From the NCBI GenBank assembly GCA_048884965.1, contig JBHLQH010000020.1, positions 1 through 63,717 on the forward strand: 63,717 bases of DNA, in the 5' to 3' direction. The notes under the pieces were generated by a model. It did no database searches. It was not told where the DNA came from and saw only the letters and a list, made by a program, of their open reading frames with translations. This stretch comes from Candidatus Thorarchaeota archaeon (lineage in GTDB: Archaea > Asgardarchaeota > Thorarchaeia > Thorarchaeales > Thorarchaeaceae). Each line of letters opens with the position of its first letter. Position 1 is the stretch's first letter. The position numbers and the translations under genes are program-made. This document shows, piece by piece, positions 1-9,360 of the stretch.

Positions 1-5
1 GAATA

Positions 6-971
6 ATGGATATGGTCTACAAGGAAGTAGGCTACGACTTTGATGAGGACGGAACCATTGATTGGACTACATACATTGTCGATGCAGAGAATTCTGAGAA
101 GATCTATGACTACTACTCGGATGAAGCTACACTTGGTGAGGTCAATCTTCCAGCAGTCAATGCCAATGGACAGATAGAGTGGAGCGCAGAGGTAGTCAAC
201 GTGAAAGGTAGCTTCTGGGAGTATACTCCTTGGGAGATCTTTGGAGCTGAGGATGCAATGTACGTTGATGATGAGTACGTTGAACCCGAATCACTTCCTG
301 CAGAAGTTGAGTATCTTGAGATGGTCTATCGCTTCGAAGTGACAGAGGATGCAGCAGTCATTAAAATTGACCAGCTGATAGGTGACTTTTCCGACCCTGA
401 AACTGGAGCTCAGATTCCCGAGCTAGATGGATTGGGACTTACAATGAACTACTGGAGTTCCTTCTCCAGCTACGGTATCATCCCCGAAACCAGTGATGGG
501 ATCATTGACTACACGACAGTCTATGATGCTATGCCTGCACCAGGAGGGAGTGTGGAATTTGATCAGAATGATCAGAACACGACTGAAACAACTGAGTTCA
601 TGAGTATAAGCTTCGGTGGTACCTATGTCTGGGGATTTGATGGGGGCACCTATGAAGTAGGCACCGTGATTCTGCCGAACTACTACTACTGCTATCCATG
701 CCTTGAGGGAAGCTACGACTCGGCTAGTGTTTCAGCAGAAGATGCTAGCTGGGCCTATAGCACATTCTACTATAGCTCTTGCTACTCAAATTGGGATGGC
801 TATGCGATTGTTCATGATCCTGTGTACTCCGTCTATCCGATGATTGCACCTGGCCAAGTGTCCGGAGTGATGACCACAATAGTGACCGCATCTTGGATGG
901 TCGGTATCGTTGGCATTGTTGCCATAGTAGCAGTATGCGTAAGGAACAACAAGCTTCGAAAGATGCAATAG
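6..971 (+). CDS. C-terminal part of an acidic membrane-anchored surface protein (probably 5'-truncated by the window)
   Basis: Frame is open to the window edge; acidic Tyr/Asp/Glu-rich ectodomain, then C-terminal TM helix (MVGIVGIVAIVAVCV) and basic tail RNNKLRK. Confidence 0.7.
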   Translation: MDMVYKEVGYDFDEDGTIDWTTYIVDAENSEKIYDYYSDEATLGEVNLPAVNANGQIEWSAEVVNVKGSFWEYTPWEIFGAEDAMYVDDEYVEPESLPAEVEYLEMVYRFEVTEDAAVIKIDQLIGDFSDPETGAQIPELDGLGLTMNYWSSFSSYGIIPETSDGIIDYTTVYDAMPAPGGSVEFDQNDQNTTETTEFMSISFGGTYVWGFDGGTYEVGTVILPNYYYCYPCLEGSYDSASVSAEDASWAYSTFYYSSCYSNWDGYAIVHDPVYSVYPMIAPGQVSGVMTTIVTASWMVGIVGIVAIVAVCVRNNKLRKMQ

Positions 972-1003
972 GGAAGAGATGCTCTTCCCCTCTCTCTTTT
1001 TTC
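971..1003 (+). terminator. Hairpin plus U-tract terminator
   Basis: GGGAAGAG-atg-CTCTTCCC then ctctctctttttt at the stop codon. Confidence 0.7.
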
Positions 1004-1044
1004 GCACAATCAATCCACCAGATATGAGCAAGTAGTCTTTCTTG

Positions 1045-1809
1045 TCAGATTGGAACAGCTCTTTCCCAATCATGGAGGAATAGATCCCTACACCAGCCAA
1101 TCCCAATTTCATCATCCACGATAAATCCTGTATAATCCATTTTTCCATCTAACGTGGGGAAAGAAATGACTCCTTTGTTCTCTGAAACAATAACGATACT
1201 ATTCACAGTATCCAGATGCCTGTTTAACATACTATTCTCTCTGAACCTGCTGAAATCAGGTATGACCTCTGGAGGGAGTAGTGGTGGTCCTAGACTCTTT
1301 GGAAGAATTGATCGAAACTCTATTCCCCTTTCTAAGGCATCCATCAACAGAGGTAATGTACTCGATAGCGCTTGGTCTGCAAGTATCCAGACAAACTCTT
1401 TCGACTCTACAATTAGCGTGTCTACCATCTGAAACAAGAGAATGGCATTGTCAATCAATCTACCCTCCACCAAATCCCCAATCCTGCTTGCGAAGCCTCT
1501 TGGTAGTCGTTGAAGAGAGTGATGAATGAAATACTCTCTTTTTGCAAGGAGCAATTTGAAACTTGGTAACAGATTGAGAATCTGAGTACAATACTCGGTA
1601 GGGAAGTAATCTCCATTCGCTCGCTTGTCGATCAATCTTGATTCGCTCAAGCGTGCCAGATGTCTGGATGTTTCTTGAGGCGTGAGAGCAAGTGATTTTG
1701 AAATCTGAGTGAGTTTCATATTCTCCTTTTGAAGGGCGAATAGGATTTCTAATCGATCGTAATTCGATAGTTCGAAAAGAAGCTCAGCCAATCGTTCCAT
1801 CTGATACAC
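1045..1809 (-). CDS. ArsR-type winged-helix regulator with C-terminal DUF1724-like domain
   Basis: N-terminal LSNYDRLEIL...LTQISKSL...ETSRHLARL HTH; C-terminal ...GKMDY...WCRDLFLHDW typical of archaeal HTH-DUF1724 regulators. Confidence 0.75.
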   Translation of the reverse strand: MYQMERLAELLFELSNYDRLEILFALQKENMKLTQISKSLALTPQETSRHLARLSESRLIDKRANGDYFPTEYCTQILNLLPSFKLLLAKREYFIHHSLQRLPRGFASRIGDLVEGRLIDNAILLFQMVDTLIVESKEFVWILADQALSSTLPLLMDALERGIEFRSILPKSLGPPLLPPEVIPDFSRFRENSMLNRHLDTVNSIVIVSENKGVISFPTLDGKMDYTGFIVDDEIGIGWCRDLFLHDWERAVPI

Positions 1810-1818
1810 CTGCTCCGA

Positions 1819-1840
1819 AAATCATACCGGAGTATGATTT
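1819..1840. promoter_or_regulatory. Palindromic operator candidate
   Basis: AAATCATAC-cgga-GTATGATTT perfect 9-4-9 inverted repeat in the divergent gap next to the regulator start. Confidence 0.6.
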
Positions 1841-1902
1841 CTCATCATCCATCCTTACAAGGGTATATGGTAGTTTCTGTATCTCTTTTTCATTGAATTA
1901 AC

Positions 1903-2157
1903 ATGAATGTCAAGAAGCGTGTACACTCATTCTCTATCGAATTGAAAGAAAGAGATGCATTACATCAACTGGAGATTTCAATTGATAGCTCAAGCTCAAT
2001 CTTTCTAGAAGGATATCTTGGAGAGATAGAACGAATAGCAATTCTGGATGGTCTTGTTCTTGAGATTCGAGGCGCTCAAGGGATTTTACGCTTGGACATT
2101 ACTGAAGCAAAAATAAAGGAGATCTTTCATTTTGACAACACAGACACAGGTAAATAA
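1903..2157 (+). CDS. Small hypothetical protein
   Basis: 84-aa ORF with ATG start, overlapping the start of the next gene; globular composition. Confidence 0.65.
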   Translation: MNVKKRVHSFSIELKERDALHQLEISIDSSSSIFLEGYLGEIERIAILDGLVLEIRGAQGILRLDITEAKIKEIFHFDNTDTGK

Positions 2158-3094
2158 CGAACGTACAGAAGAAGATTCAAAGTCAAAGCGACGTTTGATT
2201 CCTGCCTTCGCAATAGCTACTGTCTTTTGGGCAGTTGGATTCCTTTTGTGGGAGATATCAGGCTACTTCGAAGCGCTGCTAAACTTTGCATATCTTGGCA
2301 CCTCTGTTGGGCTAGGGTTGGGACTCTACGCTGTTCTACCACGTAAGAAAAAACCTCAAGGTAGGAAATTAGCTCAATTCCTTGTCGGTGGCTATATGCT
2401 CCTGTTTATGGGCGTTTTCATATCAAACAACGTACAGATTGAGGGCTTTTTCTTCAGCTTCCTCTCGGGTATCATGGGTGCCGCTATCACTCACTATCTT
2501 ATGGCAAAGGTCCTTGGTCCGCTACTCTTTGGTCGTCTTTGGTGTGGATGGGCGTGTTGGACTGCGATGGTTCTTGATCTATTACCATTCACTCGGAGTC
2601 CTGGCCGCGTTCCCGGGAAAATTGGATATTTACGGTATACGCATTTTGCGCTTAGTGGAATAATGGTGTTCTTTCTCTGGGTTCTCATAGGCCCATGGGT
2701 GGGGCAGGACAACAGCATTGTCGCTTTGCTTTGGGTTATCAGCGGCAATATATTCTATTATGCTGCAGCTATTGGATTGGCTTACAAATACAAAGATAAC
2801 CGTGCTTTCTGCAAGGTGCTTTGTCCTATTACAACCCTTTTGAAAATCACCTCAAGATTCTCACTCATAAAGGTCGAGGGACAAGCTGAGAGATGTACGG
2901 AGTGTGGCGCGTGTGAGAAAGTATGCCCCATGGATATCAAGATTCGTGAGTACCTCTCTAAGGGCAAGAGAGTAACATCAACTGAATGCATTCTCTGTCA
3001 GACTTGTATCAATTCATGTCCCAAAAAGGCATTAGGACTTTCTATCGGATTCGATATCGGTTGGAAGGAACTCCTCAGAGTAAGAGAAGAGTAA
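2132..3094 (+). CDS. Membrane 4Fe-4S binding protein (NapH/MauN-like)
   Basis: Several TM helices, GRLWCGWAC and RAFCKVLCP motifs, two CxxCxxCxxxCP ferredoxin motifs. Confidence 0.85.
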   Translation: MTTQTQVNNERTEEDSKSKRRLIPAFAIATVFWAVGFLLWEISGYFEALLNFAYLGTSVGLGLGLYAVLPRKKKPQGRKLAQFLVGGYMLLFMGVFISNNVQIEGFFFSFLSGIMGAAITHYLMAKVLGPLLFGRLWCGWACWTAMVLDLLPFTRSPGRVPGKIGYLRYTHFALSGIMVFFLWVLIGPWVGQDNSIVALLWVISGNIFYYAAAIGLAYKYKDNRAFCKVLCPITTLLKITSRFSLIKVEGQAERCTECGACEKVCPMDIKIREYLSKGKRVTSTECILCQTCINSCPKKALGLSIGFDIGWKELLRVREE

Positions 3095-3209
3095 CTCTTC
3101 TTCGGGGGAATCTTAGCGAATTTTCCCCCTTTCTATCGCTGGATGGAAACACGAAAACTTTTCTTGATGTTATTTCCCTCAAAGAAATAGCGCCTAAGGA
3201 GGATACGAG

Positions 3210-4385
3210 ATGAAGTACGCCAAAGATATTATTTTAGGAATAATTGTGCTGATGCTAGTTGGTTTTGCTAGTGGCACAATAAGGTCTCCAGAACCAGTCA
3301 TTCAGATAATCGAAGCTGATTGGTCTGGCGGACTAATAATAGATCATACCTGTATCGATCTTAATTCTATACCCGTGGAATGGATCGATGCAGTTCAAGC
3401 AGATATAAAGGTCCACTATGCTCACACGAGTCATGGGGGACAGATCACAACGGGTCTCTCAAGATTAGAATCTGCTAATGCTACCTACAGTCAAGCGACT
3501 ACATCTGGTTCATTGCCAACCGAGGAAGGAGCACTTTGCATCCTTGATGGGAATCCCCCTCATTCATACATAACTCCTGATCTCTACTGGGAGACCACTG
3601 AAGGTGTTGAGATAACCCAGAGCACTCTTGATAATAATCCAACAATCAACGTGTCCCTTTGGTCTTGGTGCACTCAAGTCGACTATTATAGCGCATCACA
3701 AGTACAAGCATATCTAGACACAATGACCGCTCTTGAAACTGCTAACCCTAACGTCACTTTCATCTACATGACTGGTAACGCTCAAGCAGGCGGTAGTGGT
3801 GGATACAATCGCTGGATCAACAACGAGATGATCCGGGACTATTGCACTGCGAATAACAAGGTCCTGTTCGATTTCGCAGACCTCGATGCTTGGAGCAATG
3901 GGGACCAGAATACCTACGAATACACATACGAGTCAACTACCTATACGATTCCCATTGAGCATGAGGATTTCAACGGGAATGAAGCTGGACATACAACCTA
4001 CACAAGCTGTGAGCAGAAAGGCAAGGCTTTCTGGTGGTTACTCGCATGTCTTGCAGGGTGGGATGTACAATCAACTACAAGTACCACGACCACCACTTCA
4101 ACGAGTACGACTACAGGAACTACAACCACTTCAACAAGCACATCCACGACCAGTACCACAACTTCAACCACCACCGGTACAACAAGCACAACCACAAGCA
4201 CAACTACAAGCACTCATACGAGTACCACAACTTCAACAGGAACGCAGTCCCTAACTGACACTGGAATTGATGGCAATCCTGTCATACCTGACTCTCCTGA
4301 CTATATGTTCATAGGAACTGCGCTTGGGTTTGCAGGATTTCTAGTGATCCTTACAATACTCTACAATAGACGTTTGAATCCCTAA
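3210..4385 (+). CDS. Secreted, C-terminally anchored SGNH-like hydrolase paralog 1 with long Thr/Ser stalk
   Basis: Signal peptide; YAHTSHGGQ, WSWC, LFDFAD and GHT motifs; Thr-rich linker; TM plus NRRLNP tail; GGAGG RBS. Confidence 0.7.
   Translation: MKYAKDIILGIIVLMLVGFASGTIRSPEPVIQIIEADWSGGLIIDHTCIDLNSIPVEWIDAVQADIKVHYAHTSHGGQITTGLSRLESANATYSQATTSGSLPTEEGALCILDGNPPHSYITPDLYWETTEGVEITQSTLDNNPTINVSLWSWCTQVDYYSASQVQAYLDTMTALETANPNVTFIYMTGNAQAGGSGGYNRWINNEMIRDYCTANNKVLFDFADLDAWSNGDQNTYEYTYESTTYTIPIEHEDFNGNEAGHTTYTSCEQKGKAFWWLLACLAGWDVQSTTSTTTTTSTSTTTGTTTTSTSTSTTSTTTSTTTGTTSTTTSTTTSTHTSTTTSTGTQSLTDTGIDGNPVIPDSPDYMFIGTALGFAGFLVILTILYNRRLNP
4071..4238 (+). repeat. Thr/Ser low-complexity coding tract
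   Basis: Encodes STTSTTTTTSTSTTTGTTTT... of about 55 aa. Confidence 0.85.
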
Positions 4386-4419
4386 AGCCAAGTATTATTG
4401 CACTATACAAGTTCTGGTT

Positions 4420-4472
4420 GGAGAGATAGTATTTCTCAAAAGAAAACACCACACTATCTCTCCCTTTCATTT
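4420..4472 (+). terminator. Nested inverted repeat, terminator candidate between the paralogs
   Basis: GGAGAGATAGT (4420-4430) pairs with ACTATCTCTCC (4453-4463); inner tttct/agaaa pair; T-rich tail follows. Confidence 0.6.
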
Positions 4473-4550
4473 TGTTCGATTCTGTCAGATGCGCAAAACC
4501 TTTTTCATTGAATTTTCCTCTCTGAAGTCGCGCCTAAAGGAGGATTCGAG

Positions 4551-5555
4551 ATGAAGCACGTCAAGAATTTCATATTGGGAACAGCCTTGCTGTTCATGCT
4601 AGTAACCACAGGTGGTATCCTTACCATTCCGATGAATGAGTCACAATTCATTGAGGCAGATTGGCCTGGAGGACTAATAATAGATCATACCTGTGTCGAT
4701 TTAACCTCAATACCATCAGAGTGGATCGATGCTGCACAAGCGAACGTCCGAATACATTATGCACACACAAGTCATGGAGGTCAGATAACAACAGGGCTCG
4801 ATAGACTCGAATCCGCTGATTCTGCCTACAGTCAAGCACAAGGGTATCTTGAGCTACCTACAGATGCCGGAGCGCTTTGCATACTAGATGGAAATCCACC
4901 CCACTCCTACATCACTCCAGACCTTTATTGGGAAACTACCGGTGGAGTTGAAATCACACAAGGAACCCTTGATGACAATCCAACAATCACCGTATCCTTA
5001 TGGTCGTGGTGCACTCAGCTCTACTATTACGATACAACTCAGGTGCAGGACTATCTGGATACGATGACTGCTCTAGAGAATGCCAATCCTGATGTCACAT
5101 TCGTCTATATGACATGCAATGCACAAGCAAGTGGCTCAGAAGGCTACAATCGTTGGGTGGACAACGAGATGATCCGGGACTATTGCACAACGAATAACAA
5201 GGTCCTGTTCGATTTCGCAGACCTCGACGCTTGGAGCAATGGGGACCAGAATACCTACGAATACACATACGAGTCAACTACTTACACCATTCCCGTTGAG
5301 CATGAGGATTTCAATGGTGACCAAGCAGGTCATACTACCTATTCAAGTTGTGAGCAGAAGGGAAGAGCTTTCTGGTGGCTTGTGGCAAGTCTTGCAGGTT
5401 GGAATGCGCCTACTACTACGACCTCGACTGGTACAACAACCGGTACCACTGCTCCTACAGGGTCTCCGGACTATGTTCTCATCGGAACTGGTTTAGGCCT
5501 TGTTGGAATCTTGGTAATAGCCACCTTTCTATACAACAGACGACTAAATCCGTAG
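4551..5555 (+). CDS. Secreted, C-terminally anchored SGNH-like hydrolase paralog 2 (short stalk)
   Basis: Clear paralog of 3210..4385 with the same motifs, same LYNRRLNP end and similar upstream RBS region. Confidence 0.7.
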   Translation: MKHVKNFILGTALLFMLVTTGGILTIPMNESQFIEADWPGGLIIDHTCVDLTSIPSEWIDAAQANVRIHYAHTSHGGQITTGLDRLESADSAYSQAQGYLELPTDAGALCILDGNPPHSYITPDLYWETTGGVEITQGTLDDNPTITVSLWSWCTQLYYYDTTQVQDYLDTMTALENANPDVTFVYMTCNAQASGSEGYNRWVDNEMIRDYCTTNNKVLFDFADLDAWSNGDQNTYEYTYESTTYTIPVEHEDFNGDQAGHTTYSSCEQKGRAFWWLVASLAGWNAPTTTTSTGTTTGTTAPTGSPDYVLIGTGLGLVGILVIATFLYNRRLNP

Positions 5556-5608
5556 AAATCTCAATAAGCTTTCACTAATGTAAACCAATTCAGATAGAGG
5601 TAATTATT

Positions 5609-6307
5609 GTGAGAAAGTCCAAGGAAACGAATGATGAAGCATGGCCTCTCCTAATCCCAATCGGTGTACTGATCATTGTAATGTTGGGCACAGGTGTTAT
5701 CTGGATTTTGATCCCCATTTTCGTTCTGGTCTGTGTCTTCTTTGGGAATCTGAGCGAACAGCGAAAGATTTCAGAACGCCGAGCTGAATACGTTCCTATC
5801 AGAACTTATGATGAGTCCTCAGGAGATGATGCTAGCTTCAAATCTGAGAAGCCCCTCTATGATAGAGAGAAACAGAAGGATGAAGGGATTGCCTTTGGCA
5901 CACTCATTCCTGTTCTCATTCTATTCTGGCTATTTGTTCAATCTCTTTCTTGGATCTTCCTTATCCCGGTTTTCTTTCTCCTTTGGTCCTTCTTCGAGAG
6001 TGTCATAAAGAACATCAGAGGAAAGCCTGAAGTCCGTGAGGAAATTGAACGAGGTGACGCTCGATCTATACAAGAGATTGCTGATAGGACTGGTCTTCCT
6101 GAAGGGCAGGTTCGGAGACAGATTGTACGCGAGAAACGAAGTGGGAGTACTGATATCTGGTTTGACCCATCAACAGGCGAACGCGCTCCTGCATCACAAC
6201 ATAACTATCCACATGAAGGATCCAAGGTTGGATGCGTTTATTGTGGTTTCTCTCTCCGGAGCGAGGATCGATTCTGTCCTTATTGTGGCGCACCAATCAA
6301 AGTATAG
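5609..6307 (+). CDS. Membrane protein with two TM hairpins, HTH-like segment and C-terminal zinc ribbon
   Basis: Two similar hydrophobic hairpins (LIP...W.LIP.F); SIQEIADRTGLPEGQVRR; CVYCG...FCPYCG. Confidence 0.75.
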   Translation: MRKSKETNDEAWPLLIPIGVLIIVMLGTGVIWILIPIFVLVCVFFGNLSEQRKISERRAEYVPIRTYDESSGDDASFKSEKPLYDREKQKDEGIAFGTLIPVLILFWLFVQSLSWIFLIPVFFLLWSFFESVIKNIRGKPEVREEIERGDARSIQEIADRTGLPEGQVRRQIVREKRSGSTDIWFDPSTGERAPASQHNYPHEGSKVGCVYCGFSLRSEDRFCPYCGAPIKV

Positions 6308-6374
6308 CGCCACTCACTCCTATTTTTCGTATCCTCACAAAAATATTTAAGCAAGAATTAACAATTGTGAAACT

Positions 6375-7172
6375 ATGAATTCTAAATTTTTACAGATCAT
6401 GAATGTCATAGCAGTCATAGCAGCGATTGTATTCAATGCGCTAGTGAATATCATTCCCGTTAACAACATCACGACGGGTGCGGTGTCTGATGCCTTTCCA
6501 AACTTGTTCACACCTCCTGGATACGTCTTTGCAATTTGGGCTGTCATCTACACCTTGGCTATCATATTCATGGTATATCAAGTCAGATCAAACCAGCGAG
6601 CTGAATCATATCTAGGGCAAATCGGAATTCTGTATCTTGTAGGGTCTATAATCAACATTGTATGGTTGGTTGTCTTTCACTTTTCTTATGGAAATGAGGT
6701 ACTATTTCCAATTACGACTCTTCTCATCCTTGGATTCCTTGTCACTCTTCTACTCATCTACACCCGTCTTGGAATTGGGCTTAGTGAGGTTTCTGTAGGG
6801 CAGAAGCTCGGAGTGCATCTACACATCAGTGTATACCTTGGATGGATTTCTCTTGCGTCAATAGCGAATATAGCATCCATGATAAACGTCATTGTACCAG
6901 GTATAGCCCTTGAAACTCAAGTGCTCTGGACTACTTTGATTCTAATTGTGGCGCTTGTCTTGACAATGTTGATGCTGTTCCTGAGAAGGGACTTTGCCTA
7001 TGGTTTAGTAGTAATTTGGGCATCAGTTGGCATTGCCACAAAGCAGGCTGTACACCCTCTCATCTACTTCACTGCTCTAGGTACTGCAATCATTGTCCTC
7101 GCAGTAATTCTTCTCTTGCCATTCTTGAAAGGTAAGAAGAATCCGATAGACTTCTATCTGCACCGAGAATAG
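6375..7172 (+). CDS. TspO/MBR-related tryptophan-rich membrane protein
   Basis: FTPPGYVFAIWAVIY, NIVWL, SVYLGWISLASIAN motifs; about 8 TM helices. Confidence 0.75.
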   Translation: MNSKFLQIMNVIAVIAAIVFNALVNIIPVNNITTGAVSDAFPNLFTPPGYVFAIWAVIYTLAIIFMVYQVRSNQRAESYLGQIGILYLVGSIINIVWLVVFHFSYGNEVLFPITTLLILGFLVTLLLIYTRLGIGLSEVSVGQKLGVHLHISVYLGWISLASIANIASMINVIVPGIALETQVLWTTLILIVALVLTMLMLFLRRDFAYGLVVIWASVGIATKQAVHPLIYFTALGTAIIVLAVILLLPFLKGKKNPIDFYLHRE

Positions 7173-7176
7173 ACGT

Positions 7177-7210
7177 TGAAAGGGGTTTCCCCTTTCACTT
7201 TTTCTTTTTC
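7177..7210 (+). terminator. Hairpin plus U-tract terminator between convergent genes
   Basis: TGAAAGGGG-ttt-CCCCTTTCA followed by cttttttcttttt. Confidence 0.75.
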
Positions 7211-7219
7211 ATGCGTTTT

Positions 7220-8005
7220 CTAGTTGATGCGGTATATAGCAAATGGCTCTTCGTTGTGGAGTTCCCATCTACCTTTGATTCCTGCTTTGTGAGCACCTAG
7301 CTCAAGGTGTAGCATCGCAATTCCGCAGTCTAGCCTCGGGGAGATACTCTTTGATTTACCATTCATAGTGAATATCTCTATTGAATCATCTGTAATCCTG
7401 AAACGCCACGGCTGCCGATTCACAGCAGATGGAGCTCTTCTAGCAGCTTCTAGTGCCCGTAGCATCCATCCCTTTGGCTGTTCTGATGTCAATCGTAACA
7501 AGCTTCCAAGTTCTTTTCGTCTCTCCGACCCAATAAGACCAGACATCATCCTCTCAATATTGCTCTTGTTCTCAAAAGCATACCCCATTGCTATTACTCC
7601 GAGCACCTGTTCGTCTTTCATGATTTCCAGACTCTGCCCGAGAACCTCTCTTCTCAAGAAGCCCCCGATCCAACATGTGTCTACCTTGTTCGCTGTTGCC
7701 TCAAGAACAAGACCCTCTCCATGATAGCCGGCCGATTCCTGTACATGAGGTTTCGTCATATCCCCTATCAATACTATGCAATGAGGTGCATCGGTAACCG
7801 CACCATACGAACCCACTATACCTTTGAACAAGTCCTTAGGTGTTTCACGAAGTAGAACAGAACGAGCTCCTGGGATTGGGTGGAGTGATTTTGAAATCTC
7901 CTCTAATTTTGAGAGAATGTCATCTGGTACTCTCTCTCCCGTGTATTTCCTTCGAGAATGTCTAATGGTGATGGCATCATACCACATATCTACAGGTAGC
8001 ATCAT
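7220..8005 (-). CDS. Nitroreductase family protein
   Basis: AITIRHSRRKY, TCWIGG, APSAVNRQPWRF, LDCGIAMLH. Confidence 0.9.
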   Translation of the reverse strand: MMLPVDMWYDAITIRHSRRKYTGERVPDDILSKLEEISKSLHPIPGARSVLLRETPKDLFKGIVGSYGAVTDAPHCIVLIGDMTKPHVQESAGYHGEGLVLEATANKVDTCWIGGFLRREVLGQSLEIMKDEQVLGVIAMGYAFENKSNIERMMSGLIGSERRKELGSLLRLTSEQPKGWMLRALEAARRAPSAVNRQPWRFRITDDSIEIFTMNGKSKSISPRLDCGIAMLHLELGAHKAGIKGRWELHNEEPFAIYRIN

Positions 8006-8124
8006 TATTTGATATCTCTAACCATTCCATAATGAAGCTTGAAAAGGATTAGGTTATAGCGGCGTTAGTTCCAACACAAGAGATAACAACCGGTCTTCAT
8101 AGAAGAACTATTGAGTGAACAAGA

Positions 8125-8382
8125 ATGACGACACTGGAGGACTTTCTCGTTCGAAACATGGCTATCTTCTCAGGATTAGGTCTTGCACTCAGATTCCTCA
8201 TGTATGGACTGCCCTTGCTACAGCTGGTCTGGCTGTATGTTGTCCTGTCTTTTCTCGTAGGTATGGGAGGGGCGGCTCTAGCTGTGGGGCGGGAATATAG
8301 TAGAAGGAACTACAGCATAATTGGCATCGTTCTCGTCATCATTGGATTGCTTCCATTTCAGAACCTTTTTCCCGTAATCTAG
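8125..8382 (+). CDS. Small three-TM membrane protein
   Basis: Hydrophobic 85-aa ORF; 3' end overlaps the convergent gene. Confidence 0.55.
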   Translation: MTTLEDFLVRNMAIFSGLGLALRFLMYGLPLLQLVWLYVVLSFLVGMGGAALAVGREYSRRNYSIIGIVLVIIGLLPFQNLFPVI

Positions 8383-8977
8383 GAAGAAGCATAGGAACCT
8401 GTTTTCTGTATTCTTCATATTCCGTGCCGAACTCTCTTACTAGCTCTCGTTCTTCTTTTCTGCACGCCACGAAATCTCTTAGCATGATGATCGGAGTAAC
8501 AATTAGAGCGAATAGTTGTGAAAGGAGCATCGTTATTCCAATATGTGCAAGCATGGCTCCAAGATACTGAGGGTGTCTTACTCTCGAATAGACTCCAGAT
8601 TTGATAACTTTCTCAGCACGATGAGTTTCTGAGACTTCCAGACCGAGGTCTGTTACGCCTTTTATTCCAAACCACATTCCTGGAAGGATGAAGAGCATCC
8701 CGAGAAGTAGATCTATCCCTGAGATGGAAAACCAGTCCCCGATAAGGAGAATCTCTTGATCAAAAACTGGTAGATTAAACTTCTCTTGAGGTGCCAGCCA
8801 GATACCGAAGAGGAATATGAAGTATCCCCATCCCGAAATGATTCCTAGGACACTACCCACTCTCTTTCCCTTGTCCTTACCATATCGAGCATCAAGCTTT
8901 GTATGTTCGACTGAAAGGAAATGCAGTGGAAGAAGAAGAAGGACGCCAATGAGGGAGAATACGAATAGTAACACCAT
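8339..8977 (-). CDS. Isoprenylcysteine carboxyl methyltransferase/PEMT family membrane methyltransferase
   Basis: GVYSRVRHPQY and EERELVREFGTEYEEYRKQVP signature motifs. Confidence 0.88.
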   Translation of the reverse strand: MVLLFVFSLIGVLLLLPLHFLSVEHTKLDARYGKDKGKRVGSVLGIISGWGYFIFLFGIWLAPQEKFNLPVFDQEILLIGDWFSISGIDLLLGMLFILPGMWFGIKGVTDLGLEVSETHRAEKVIKSGVYSRVRHPQYLGAMLAHIGITMLLSQLFALIVTPIIMLRDFVACRKEERELVREFGTEYEEYRKQVPMLLPRLREKGSEMEAIQ

Positions 8978-9054
8978 CTATGCTGGCCTCTGTTTCTTGA
9001 CAGGATTTCTCTATAGTCACCACGTTTAAGTTCTCGCATATCTAGCCACTCAGA

Positions 9055-9360
9055 GTGATGTATATGTACAAGGTTATCGCAAAGGTTGACGAGCTTCGTA
9101 CGGAACCAGGACATAGTCCTTGTCCCCTGTTCCAACTGAATCAGGAATTCGATCTTTCTGTTCCTGAGGAACGTGCCAAGATATGCAAATGGGCTGTCAA
9201 CTCGTTCTTCCCTGGGGAGATAGCGCTTGAATTCGGTGCCCGAATTCCTTTTGGGGACAATCCTGATAGGATAAAGATAGCATGCCCCGATTCCAATCGA
9301 ATTGTCGTCTTCGAACTTCGGCGTGCAGAAAAAATACCAGCACGGGAGTCTGGAGATTGA
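9055..9360 (+). CDS. TIGR04076-like small Cys-containing protein
   Basis: CP...ICKWA...IACPD...VVFELRR pattern. Confidence 0.7.
   Translation: MMYMYKVIAKVDELRTEPGHSPCPLFQLNQEFDLSVPEERAKICKWAVNSFFPGEIALEFGARIPFGDNPDRIKIACPDSNRIVVFELRRAEKIPARESGD

Noticed and set aside
3886-4258. Gln-rich, His/Asn-rich and poly-Val ORFs
   Set aside because: Alternative-frame readings of the Thr/Ser stalk.
3820-5281. Near-identical segments as a DGR template/variable repeat pair
   Set aside because: Both copies are coding, there are only three mismatches without a clear adenine-specific pattern, and no reverse transcriptase lies in the window.
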